DNA of 64,000 bases from the IMG/VR virus record IMGVR_UViG_3300026546_000001, positions 94,296-158,295 of that record; one strand, given 5' to 3'. The translations under genes and the position numbers were made by a program. The notes beneath the pieces are model-generated. The model was given only the letters and a program-made list of their open reading frames with translations. It was not told the origin of the DNA and did not search any database. The DNA comes from a virus (Duplodnaviria > Caudoviricetes). How positions within the stretch are numbered: the stretch's first letter is position 1; the number at the start of each line of letters is the position of its first letter. Shown here piece after piece: positions 50,091 to 59,218 of the stretch.

Positions 50091-51497
50091 ATGGAAGGAA
50101 TAATTGATAAAATAGAAGAAATATCATCTGGTATTAAAAAAATTGATGCAGATGTTGAAGTTAATAATAAAAATTTAGAAAATATTGAAGTATTAACAAA
50201 GGATAATAAACAACAAACTTCTGATAATACATCAATTGTAAATGATATAAATGATGTAAATGCAAAAAAATTAAATGCAAATAAAAATGAATCACTTAAT
50301 ATTGTAACTAAAACACTAGATAATATTTCTTTAAATGAAAACAAAGATGAATCTGAAAAAGATTTAGATGAACCTAAATCAAATAATAAAATAAATGATA
50401 TTTATGATAAATTAGAATCAAATTTAAGTTTATTAAATAAAAATATTTTGAAAATTAATGATAATAAAAATAATGAAAATATAATTCCTAAATCAGATAA
50501 TATTATTAATTTAACAAATGATATAACAAACAAATTTTCAGATAAAATTGAAAAATCATTATCTAAAATAACAAATAATAATGAAAAATTAATTAATAAT
50601 ATATCTAAATTTACTAATGTTGATAATGTTACAAGTAATATTTCAAATTTAACAAATGATAATAAATTTATATCTAAAATATCTAAATCTTTAAACGTAG
50701 AAAATCAAACACAAAATTTATCTAATATAGTCAATAAATCATTGCATAATATTACATCAAAAATTGATAATATTAATCCAAATAATATTTATAAAAATAT
50801 ATCTGATAAACTTAATATTAATAATGAAAAAATATTGAGTAAAGTTAACAATATTACAAATGAAATTAAACCAGAAAAGTTATTAAATAAGGTTGAAAAT
50901 ATTGCAAATGAAATTAAACCAGAAAAGTTATTAAGTAAGGTTGATAATATTACAAATGAAATTAAACCAGAAAATATAAGTAAAATTTTTAATAAAAACA
51001 ATAAAAATGAATTAAATAATATTAATACTAAAAATATTACGACATCTTTAGAAGAACAACCAATAATTAATAAACAAAATGATATAACTACAAACGTAGA
51101 TAATTCAAAATTAATTTCAAATAATAATTCATTTATTAAAAAAACAAATAATGAATATAATAAATCAAATGAATTTAAAGAAATATTACACACTCCAGAA
51201 ATGATAAAAACTAAAGTTGAAAGAATTGAAAATATAAAAGAAAATAAATCAACTAATGAACAATCTCATAATGACAATTTAAGTAATAAACCTGAATTAA
51301 ATAATAATAATCCGATTAATTTAAATACACAACAACAAATAATGTCATTAAACAATAATTCACAGTCTAATCAATCAAATATTGAAATGTTATTAACTGA
51401 ATTAATTTCAATTAATAAAAAATTATTAGTTTCACAACAAAAATTGATAAAATCTAAAAGTATTGAAAAATTAAAAAATGGCCCTATTTCTAATTAA
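50091..51497 (+). CDS. Asn/Lys-rich low-complexity protein
   Basis: 468 aa with three 16-aa repeats (KV.NI.NEIKPE) at about 50838-50981. Confidence 0.7.
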   Translation: MEGIIDKIEEISSGIKKIDADVEVNNKNLENIEVLTKDNKQQTSDNTSIVNDINDVNAKKLNANKNESLNIVTKTLDNISLNENKDESEKDLDEPKSNNKINDIYDKLESNLSLLNKNILKINDNKNNENIIPKSDNIINLTNDITNKFSDKIEKSLSKITNNNEKLINNISKFTNVDNVTSNISNLTNDNKFISKISKSLNVENQTQNLSNIVNKSLHNITSKIDNINPNNIYKNISDKLNINNEKILSKVNNITNEIKPEKLLNKVENIANEIKPEKLLSKVDNITNEIKPENISKIFNKNNKNELNNINTKNITTSLEEQPIINKQNDITTNVDNSKLISNNNSFIKKTNNEYNKSNEFKEILHTPEMIKTKVERIENIKENKSTNEQSHNDNLSNKPELNNNNPINLNTQQQIMSLNNNSQSNQSNIEMLLTELISINKKLLVSQQKLIKSKSIEKLKNGPISN

Positions 51498-51543
51498 ACT
51501 TTTAATACATTTATTATATAACGTATAAATGTGTAAATAATAT

Positions 51544-51951
51544 ATGAATATTTTTAAACGTATTAGATTTTATTATACGTATAAGGAAATTTTAAATAAT
51601 CTTAAAGATGATTTATTAAAAAATTTTAATGTTAGAGTTGATAATATTAACAGATTATACACAGTAATTAATATTCCAGATGAAACTCAGATATATGGAA
51701 GTGAACACGTAAATGCATTAACTGAAGAATATTTACGTAAATGGCTTATTAAATTTGATACTTTTTTAGTAAATAATCAAATTAAAGAATTTATTATACG
51801 AGAAGAATTAACAAAAATTGATAATTTAAATTACTTGATAGTTTTTAGATACAAATATTTAAATATTGAAAAAATTTTATACACATTTTATATACTAGGA
51901 ATTATAACATTTATAACTTTTTTAGTTATGCTTTTTTTAAAACTTTTATAA
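51544..51951 (+). CDS. Hypothetical protein with a C-terminal transmembrane anchor
   Basis: ILYTFYILGIITFITFLVMLFL hydrophobic tail. Confidence 0.7.
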   Translation: MNIFKRIRFYYTYKEILNNLKDDLLKNFNVRVDNINRLYTVINIPDETQIYGSEHVNALTEEYLRKWLIKFDTFLVNNQIKEFIIREELTKIDNLNYLIVFRYKYLNIEKILYTFYILGIITFITFLVMLFLKLL

Positions 51952-51970
51952 ACAATTAATTATAATAAAT

Positions 51971-52420
51971 ATGGAAAATGTAAGTAGACCCAAATTTGAC
52001 ACTATTAGTCCTGAAACACAGGAATTTTTTGATAAATTAATATCAAAAATTAGCTTACCGTATGATTTAAAATATTTGCTTATTCATGCAGATAGACAAA
52101 AGCAAATAATTAAATTACATAAATTAAATGAAATGATGTCATTTGCATTAAATTATGATGTTATAATTTCAATTAATGAAAATTTATTTGATGCAATAGA
52201 TGATGATACTGTTAGAGAAATATTATTTCTTCAGGAAATTGATAAAATCACAGTAAATTTAGAAACTGGAAAAATAACATTTATTAAACCTGATATGATA
52301 ACATTTTCAAGTTTAATTAATAGATATGGTTTAGATGCTGTTGCAAGAGCTAATCAATTAGATAGTTTAACATCAGAACAATTACAAGATAAATTAGCTG
52401 ATGAATTTACACGTAAATAA
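51971..52420 (+). CDS. Phage metallopeptidase-like fold, probably inactive
   Basis: DVIISIN...EILFLQEIDKI...PDMITFSSLINRYG follows the family pattern, but HELxH is replaced by QEIDK. Confidence 0.45.
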   Translation: MENVSRPKFDTISPETQEFFDKLISKISLPYDLKYLLIHADRQKQIIKLHKLNEMMSFALNYDVIISINENLFDAIDDDTVREILFLQEIDKITVNLETGKITFIKPDMITFSSLINRYGLDAVARANQLDSLTSEQLQDKLADEFTRK

Positions 52421-52441
52421 AAAAAATAAAAAAATAATAAT

Positions 52442-53134
52442 ATGAACAAAGAAGAATTATTAAATGATCAAGTACAAGAATTACTAGAAAAAGGATTAAT
52501 ATTACCTAAAGATATTCAAGATGTTTTAGAAGAAAAGGCTAATAATATTAAAACATTTATTGAAGAAAATAAAGATGCTGCTAGTTTAGAATTAGAAGCA
52601 AAGGATGAGGTTCACAAACAAAGTCAAGAATTGTGGAATGAATATACTGACTATTTAAGAGATCTAAAATATAAATTTAGAATAACTGGAAAAGAACTTC
52701 ATTTTATTAGAAATTATGTAGTTAATAAACGCGTTTATACTGAAGAAGATATTTTTATTGGATATAAACTAAAAGAAGAATTTTTTGATTTTATTGATAT
52801 GAATATTGTTCCAAGAAACAAGGAAACAATTGAAAATCTTGAAATTACTATTAATGAAGCAACATTATTACATCATTTAATTAAAGATATGACTTTAACT
52901 AATTTAAATGATGAAAAAACTAAAATGTTTGCAAGTATATTAACAGAAATTGGTAATATTTCTAAAATATTTAATAAATATAATGCAGATTCTGAAAAAT
53001 TAAGTAAAGAAATTTATCAATGGACTGTTGGATTAGAACCTGAAGAAAGAGAAAAAATTATAAAGGAATTAGAAGAATCAGCAAAAGAAGAAAATCAAGT
53101 TGATGAACCAACAATTGAAAAAACTGAAGAATAA
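52442..53134 (+). CDS. Hypothetical acidic helical protein
   Basis: 230-aa ORF followed by a terminator. Confidence 0.75.
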   Translation: MNKEELLNDQVQELLEKGLILPKDIQDVLEEKANNIKTFIEENKDAASLELEAKDEVHKQSQELWNEYTDYLRDLKYKFRITGKELHFIRNYVVNKRVYTEEDIFIGYKLKEEFFDFIDMNIVPRNKETIENLEITINEATLLHHLIKDMTLTNLNDEKTKMFASILTEIGNISKIFNKYNADSEKLSKEIYQWTVGLEPEEREKIIKELEESAKEENQVDEPTIEKTEE

Positions 53135-53154
53135 TTTTAACATATTTTATAAAC

Positions 53155-53187
53155 AAAAAGATCAACTATTATTTAGTTGATCTTTTT
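53155..53187 (+). terminator. Intrinsic terminator
   Basis: aaaaagatcaacta / tagttgatcttttt hairpin with a T-tract. Confidence 0.88.
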
Positions 53188-53200
53188 TTATATATAATAC

Positions 53201-54820
53201 ATGAAATATTTTAAGAATTATTCACATTTTTTATTAGAATATTATCAAAACAATGATAATAAAGAAGAGAACAAAGATAATAAAAAAGAAAATAATAATG
53301 CGCCATACGATAGTTTTATTATAACATTTAATAATGAATTTAAATATAATGGTGCTAAAGTTGATGAAGAAACATATAAAATTTATTTAAATAAAGCTAT
53401 AAAACGTTTAGATGAATTTATTAAGAAAAACACTAAAGATGGTAAAAAACCAAAAATTGAAGAAGTAAAAATAATAACACGCGCATCAGCATCATGGGTG
53501 AACACTGATTATGGAAATAAAGGAAATTTTAATTACATTAATAATAAAAAATTAGCCGAAGATAGAGCTAATTTTTTATCTGAACGTGTTATAGCTGATA
53601 TTAAAAATTATTTATCAAAACAAGGTTATGATGTAACAAAAATTAAATTTATTAATGATAATAATAAAGGTATTATAAATAATAAAGTATCAAAAGAAAT
53701 TTTAAATAATTTTGTTAAAGATAATTTTGAAAATGATAAAGAAGCATTAATAGAAGAGATTAGAAAACAAATTAAAAAATATCGTCCAAATGAAAATCCT
53801 GACAATGTTGAAATAAAATTTTTTAAAACAGATGAAGATACATTAAAAACTCGTCCAGAATATGAAGCTGATGAAAAATATTATGAAGTTTTAACTCCTA
53901 CGAAAGAAAATGCTGAAAAAATTTATGATTTATTATCAAAAACTCCTGCGTATGTAACGTATACTGCAAAATTAGAGCATAATGGTAATAAAATTGAAGA
54001 TTTATATAAAAAGAAAGCTCAATATTCTAAAATAAAAGTTATAATAAATCCTGATAGTAAGCCAGAAACTAAACCAGATGTAACAGATGATGGTGTTCAT
54101 GAATCTCCAACTAATATAATATTAAAATCTATACCATTTAAAAAGGATTCGTCTGTTGTAAGAATTGGTGATGAATATAAACTATTATTAGATACATTAA
54201 AAAAATATAAAAATCATATAGATGATTTAAAATATTTATTATTAACTGGACATGCAGAATCAGATGATGAATTAATTGATGAAAATGGTAATCCAATTGG
54301 TTCATTTAGTCCTAATAAATATAATAGATTAATTAATAAAAAATTAAATAAAAAAACATATTTCACAGAACACGAGTTAGCTGATTTACGTTTTATATTA
54401 TCAATGGAACGAACAAAAAATGTTATAAAAGAATTACATAATGATATACCTGAAATAATTGAAAAATTAATTAGAAATAATAAAATTGTTACATATCAAT
54501 TAGGTACAACATTTTATGAAAAATTAAAAGATAAAAATCCAAGAATTGTTCAAATTTCAGTTCAATTTTCAAATAATTTCATTGATACTGAAAAAGAATT
54601 AGGTTTATTTCCAAATGGCGCTGTAAAAAATAACGCAAGAATTATTGAATTTAAACTTATTAAATCTTTAAAATATAATATACGTAAACTGTATAATAAA
54701 TATCTTAGAGGTGATAATTTGTATAAAGTTAATATTATTCCTCCATATTCTGAAATGAATAATATAATGTCATCTGAAGATGCTAAAAAATATAGAAAAT
54801 TTAAACATAATTTAACATAA
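53201..54820 (+). CDS. Protein with OmpA/MotB-like C-terminal domain(s), no signal peptide
   Basis: IPFKKDSS...LLLTGHAES...LSMERTKNV...RIVQISV; a second degenerate copy at ITRASAS...NKKLAEDRANFL. Confidence 0.6.
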   Translation: MKYFKNYSHFLLEYYQNNDNKEENKDNKKENNNAPYDSFIITFNNEFKYNGAKVDEETYKIYLNKAIKRLDEFIKKNTKDGKKPKIEEVKIITRASASWVNTDYGNKGNFNYINNKKLAEDRANFLSERVIADIKNYLSKQGYDVTKIKFINDNNKGIINNKVSKEILNNFVKDNFENDKEALIEEIRKQIKKYRPNENPDNVEIKFFKTDEDTLKTRPEYEADEKYYEVLTPTKENAEKIYDLLSKTPAYVTYTAKLEHNGNKIEDLYKKKAQYSKIKVIINPDSKPETKPDVTDDGVHESPTNIILKSIPFKKDSSVVRIGDEYKLLLDTLKKYKNHIDDLKYLLLTGHAESDDELIDENGNPIGSFSPNKYNRLINKKLNKKTYFTEHELADLRFILSMERTKNVIKELHNDIPEIIEKLIRNNKIVTYQLGTTFYEKLKDKNPRIVQISVQFSNNFIDTEKELGLFPNGAVKNNARIIEFKLIKSLKYNIRKLYNKYLRGDNLYKVNIIPPYSEMNNIMSSEDAKKYRKFKHNLT

Positions 54821-55083
54821 TGGATATTTTTGAAAATACAATATTTGATAATTTACCAGAAGAATCACCTAAACATTCAATATTAGACGGTTTATTACCA
54901 ATATGTAAAAAAATTACAGCTAGAACGCTTGGAATGGATTTAGTACCAGTTCAACCAATTCAAACAGCACCAATACTAGATCTTTTATATATGGAATTTA
55001 AATATAATGAATTTTGGTCAGAACATGTTAATTATGATTCTGATACGTTTTTTAATGATGATACATTTGAAGATTATAAATAA
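54820..55083 (+). CDS. Mini-protein resembling the Gol region of gp23-type capsid proteins
   Basis: LLPICKKITARTLGMDLVPVQPIQTAPILDLLYMEFKY versus T4 gp23 MVRRAIPNLIAFDICGVQPMNSPTG; TAATG coupling on both sides. Confidence 0.65.
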   Translation: MDIFENTIFDNLPEESPKHSILDGLLPICKKITARTLGMDLVPVQPIQTAPILDLLYMEFKYNEFWSEHVNYDSDTFFNDDTFEDYK

Positions 55084-55283
55084 TGGAAATATTAATAACA
55101 CATATAGATAATACATTATCATTAAGATTAAATGTTAATGATGAAGAAAAAAGTTCAATTAATATTAGTAGTGAACTTGAATTAATTAGTACACCAAATA
55201 TTGAAATTAAAAATCCAGAAAAATTTAAGAAACATTTAATTGATTTAATATCATCTATTGACATTATAAAAAAATCAGATTAA
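55083..55283 (+). CDS. Small hypothetical protein
   Basis: 66 aa, TAATG-coupled to the previous ORF. Confidence 0.55.
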   Translation: MEILITHIDNTLSLRLNVNDEEKSSINISSELELISTPNIEIKNPEKFKKHLIDLISSIDIIKKSD

Positions 55284-55298
55284 TTTAATATATAATAC

Positions 55299-55724
55299 AT
55301 GAAAAAGATTATAGGACGAACTGATTTTTTAGATTTTACAGAATTACAATTAATAGACGTTCCATGCAAAATTGATACAGGTGCATTTATGTCAGCACTA
55401 CATTGTACATATAAAAAAGTAAAAGGAGATACATTATATTTTAAAATAGGTAATCATCATTCATATAAATTTCCTGATAAAGTGTATAAAACTAAAAAAT
55501 ATACAATTAAGGAAATAACATCTTCAAATGGAGAAAGTGAAAATAGATATACAATTAAAACAACAATTAGAATATTTAATGAAGATGTTGAAACAATTTT
55601 AACATTAACTGATCGTGAAACAATGACAAAACCAGTTTTAATTGGTCGTTTAGCTCTTAAAAATTATTTAGTTGATGTGACACAAACGAATTTATCATTT
55701 CAGGAAAAATATAAATTTAGCTGA
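55299..55724 (+). CDS. Retropepsin-like aspartic peptidase (RimK-associated family)
   Basis: IIGR...KIDTGA..SALH...SSNGESENRY...LTDR..M..PVLIGR. Confidence 0.88.
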   Translation: MKKIIGRTDFLDFTELQLIDVPCKIDTGAFMSALHCTYKKVKGDTLYFKIGNHHSYKFPDKVYKTKKYTIKEITSSNGESENRYTIKTTIRIFNEDVETILTLTDRETMTKPVLIGRLALKNYLVDVTQTNLSFQEKYKFS

Positions 55725-56010
55725 TACCACTAGTTGAATTAAATAAAAATGTATTAAATATTTCATCTCGTGATGGTAATATTGAATCTATATCATCTAA
55801 TAAATCATTATAAAAACTTAAATCTTCAATTTTTTCAACGTTAAATAAATTTAGAAACTCTGTTGACGTATGAAGTGTCCGTGACCCGTTAGGGTGTACC
55901 CAGTATATTGATTCTATTGTTTTAATATCATCTATAGTAATTGCTATAAATGCTGCTACGCCTCCCTGAATGACACCATACCATTCTAATAAAGATGTTT
56001 TAATTATCAT
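55717..56010 (-). CDS. Hypothetical protein
   Basis: 97 aa, start overlaps the end of the Rad50-like gene. Confidence 0.65.
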   Translation of the reverse strand: MIIKTSLLEWYGVIQGGVAAFIAITIDDIKTIESIYWVHPNGSRTLHTSTEFLNLFNVEKIEDLSFYNDLLDDIDSILPSRDEIFNTFLFNSTSGIS

Positions 56011-57767
56011 TTATTTATATCATTTATATTATTTATTTTATTAAAATCATTTTCAATTTCAAATTTTATTTCTTTTACATTTTTAATACGTTCTTCTTGT
56101 ATATACGAAGTTATATTTTTTTCAACATGTAATATTCTATCAAATAAATTTTTATCTAAATAACTATGATGAACTAAAAATACATTAACATTCCATTCTC
56201 TTGCAAAACGTTTTAAAATGTGTATTATTGCATTAATTCCTTCAATATCTATTGAAGAAAATATTTCATCTAAAAATAAAACATTAATTTTACGTTTCAT
56301 TCTAATCATTTTTAAATATGCAAGCATTATTGAAATATTAACTTTTTTAGTTTCACCAGTTGAAAGTGTTTCAACGTCAACTTCATTTCCAAGTAATGTA
56401 ATAGTTGCGTTAAATTGATCATTTAATGTAACTTTAAATGGCATATCTAATAATGAAAGATTTTCATCAATATACTTATTAATTGGTTTAATTATTGATG
56501 ATATAATTGATTTTTTAATTCCATTATCTGAAAATAATTCATCTAATTTTTTAAATATATTTTGATTAACAATACATTTATCTTTATTATTATTAGCTAT
56601 TTTAAATGATTTTTCATTTTTTTCTATATTTTTAAGTAATTCAACTATTTCTTGTGATTCCTTTTCAACACTTTGTTTATTTTTTAGGTCTTGTAACTTA
56701 GTTTTTAATTGTGATAAATATTGTTTTAACTCACCAAATGATTTATTAGCTTTGTCATATAAGTCACGTAATTGATTTTCTTTTTTTTCAAGTTTTGTTT
56801 GTTTTTTAAGTAATTCTTGATATATTTTTTCAGTTTGTTCTTTTTGTGATTTAATTAAATCTTGTTTATTTAAATGTTCATCTGATTGTAAATCACTTCC
56901 ACAAACAGGACATTTATCATTTGCATATAAATCTAATTGTCTTTTATATTCACGAATTGTATATTCTAATTCACGAATTTTTTTATTTTCTTCACGCTGT
57001 ATATCTTTTAATTTAATTTCATTCTGTTTTATTTTATTAATTTTATTTTGAATATTTAAAAATTCTTCTTTTTTAGATAAAATTTCTTCACGAGTTGTAT
57101 TAATTTCATCTTCCAATGATGATTTTTGTGCTTCTTTTATTTTATCAATCGTTAATTGAAAACTTTCAATATTTTGTTCAAATAACTTAGCTTGTTCATC
57201 ATATTTAATTAATTCCTTTTCATTATTAGTTTTTAAATTTTTAAGTATTTTAACTAAATCATTTAAAACACCTAAATTAAATAATTTATCTAATAATGTT
57301 CGTTTTTCATCAGGTGATAACGTCATAAAATTTTTAAAATCATTTATAGACATAGAAATAAATGATTTAAATGTTTCTAAATCAATATTTATAGTATCTT
57401 CTATCTTTTTATTTACATTTTTTGATCCAGTTCTATTATATTTTGCATGATTTTCATACAATATAACTTTATTTGGATTCATTCCACGTTCAATTTTATA
57501 TTCAATATCATCAATTACAAATTCTAAAGATGTATATAAATTATTATTTAATCTATTTGGTAATGAAGATAATACAACGTGTTTTTTCTTTTTACCTTTT
57601 ACTTTATTAAATAAACAATAATCTATAGCTTCAGGTATTGATGATTTTCCAGCACCATTTCTTCCTGATAATAATATTAATTCTCCATATTGTGGATTTA
57701 ATTCTATTATTTGTTCATTATTACCAAATGATTTAAAATTTTTAATAGTAATTTTTTTAATTATCAT
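56007..57767 (-). CDS. Rad50/SbcC-like ATPase (T4 gp46-like)
   Basis: KNFKSFG, Walker A GRNGAGKSS, Zn hook CPVC inside a coiled coil, LSTGE signature, LFLDE Walker B. Confidence 0.95.
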   Translation of the reverse strand: MIIKKITIKNFKSFGNNEQIIELNPQYGELILLSGRNGAGKSSIPEAIDYCLFNKVKGKKKKHVVLSSLPNRLNNNLYTSLEFVIDDIEYKIERGMNPNKVILYENHAKYNRTGSKNVNKKIEDTINIDLETFKSFISMSINDFKNFMTLSPDEKRTLLDKLFNLGVLNDLVKILKNLKTNNEKELIKYDEQAKLFEQNIESFQLTIDKIKEAQKSSLEDEINTTREEILSKKEEFLNIQNKINKIKQNEIKLKDIQREENKKIRELEYTIREYKRQLDLYANDKCPVCGSDLQSDEHLNKQDLIKSQKEQTEKIYQELLKKQTKLEKKENQLRDLYDKANKSFGELKQYLSQLKTKLQDLKNKQSVEKESQEIVELLKNIEKNEKSFKIANNNKDKCIVNQNIFKKLDELFSDNGIKKSIISSIIKPINKYIDENLSLLDMPFKVTLNDQFNATITLLGNEVDVETLSTGETKKVNISIMLAYLKMIRMKRKINVLFLDEIFSSIDIEGINAIIHILKRFAREWNVNVFLVHHSYLDKNLFDRILHVEKNITSYIQEERIKNVKEIKFEIENDFNKINNINDINK

Positions 57768-57824
57768 AAAACTTATATTTTAATATTTCTATAAATAATA
57801 GAAAAAAAACTTTAATTGTTTAAA

Positions 57825-58103
57825 ATGTCAAAAAAAATTATACTTACATTAATTATAAGTTTATTAATATTAAGTAGCTGCGCTCACACTGTAGATGTCA
57901 CGCAGTGTACACATGGACTAACAATTTATGGATTTTGGGGAGGTTTATGGCATGGACTAATTAGTCCATTTACGTTTATTGGAAGTTTATTTTCAGATAC
58001 TGTTACAATATACGCAGTAAATAATAATGGTGGATGGTATAATTTTGGATTTGTGTTAGGTGCTGGCATATTAGGTGGTGGTGCATTTTCATCAACAAGA
58101 TAA
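57825..58103 (+). CDS. Small membrane lipoprotein
   Basis: Lipobox LILSSC; GFWGGLWHG and NNGGWYNFGF with hydrophobic segments. Confidence 0.8.
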   Translation: MSKKIILTLIISLLILSSCAHTVDVTQCTHGLTIYGFWGGLWHGLISPFTFIGSLFSDTVTIYAVNNNGGWYNFGFVLGAGILGGGAFSSTR

Positions 58104-58122
58104 AAAATAATAATTAATATTA

Positions 58123-58503
58123 ATGTTCTTAATAAAATATAAATGGTATAAAAAATTAATACAACGATTATACGAAAAAGCACATCCATATAAAACGCCA
58201 GTTAAATGGACATTATCATATAATGGATATTTAATTTCAATATTAGATGTGTCACATTTAGGTGATTTTGATCATATTAAAATCACAGAAGGTAATAGTT
58301 TTGAAGGAAGAAATTTCTCATATATGATGGAAAATGACCGTCGTTTAACTGTTCAATATATACTAAATGAATATTCCTATTTACCTGAAAAAATGAAACA
58401 ACGAATGGCAGAAATATTAAAAAATCATTTAGATGTACCTGACGAACCTATGGATACTTTAATTGAAGAAACAGAATATTTTTTTGGTACGGAAAATATT
58501 TAA
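58123..58503 (+). CDS. Hypothetical protein
   Basis: 126-aa ORF. Confidence 0.65.
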   Translation: MFLIKYKWYKKLIQRLYEKAHPYKTPVKWTLSYNGYLISILDVSHLGDFDHIKITEGNSFEGRNFSYMMENDRRLTVQYILNEYSYLPEKMKQRMAEILKNHLDVPDEPMDTLIEETEYFFGTENI

Positions 58504-58859
58504 TTTTTACGTATTAATATTCCATTTTCATATTCAAATTTAAAATCTTGTATCCAAGATAAAAATTCTTCATCTTTTAATCCTGTATCACTAATTATAA
58601 ATGGTGCAATTGCTAATGTAACATTATACTTATCAATTAATTTTATAATTTGTTTTAATGCAAATGTTGTTCTTAAATCACGAATATCATATACAGTGAC
58701 ATTAGTAATATAAACAATGTCATCTTTAAACTTAAATTCAAAAGATGCATCATTATTTATTATTATTTCATTTAAATTAAATGGATTTTTATATCCAATT
58801 GAATTCAAATCATTAATAAAATTATTAAAACTAGTTAGCTCCATATGTGCCATTTTCAA
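58500..58859 (-). CDS. Small protein, possible degenerate GNAT fold
   Basis: IVYITNV...LKQIIKLIDKYNVTLAI...LSWIQDFKFE; MELTSFNNFIN near the N-terminus. Confidence 0.5.
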   Translation of the reverse strand: MKMAHMELTSFNNFINDLNSIGYKNPFNLNEIIINNDASFEFKFKDDIVYITNVTVYDIRDLRTTFALKQIIKLIDKYNVTLAIAPFIISDTGLKDEEFLSWIQDFKFEYENGILIRKN

Positions 58860-59127
58860 TTAAATGTAAGTATATTTTAGCTCTTATTTTATTTAATAAT
58901 GTACATTTTACTTCAACACCTTCAACATTTATATATGAATTTAAATCAGCATGTATTATTAAATGTACATAATCTTTTAATTCATCAATATTTGAACTTG
59001 CATCTTCTAATATATTTCTTAATACTCCTTTTCTTATATCTACATCTAAATATATTCTACCTAAACGTTGATTTGCAATAACTTTTGGCTTTATTGGTGG
59101 AACCATCCAATTTGGATTTACAGTCAT
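58831..59127 (-). CDS. Hypothetical protein
   Basis: 98 aa; late motif at 59150-59158. Confidence 0.6.
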   Translation of the reverse strand: MTVNPNWMVPPIKPKVIANQRLGRIYLDVDIRKGVLRNILEDASSNIDELKDYVHLIIHADLNSYINVEGVEVKCTLLNKIRAKIYLHLIENGTYGAN

Positions 59128-59218
59128 GTTTTAATTTGTTATTTTTTAATTATATATTATTTTTTTAAACTATTAAATATATTTTTATTATATTTATATA
59201 ACAATATATTAATATAAT

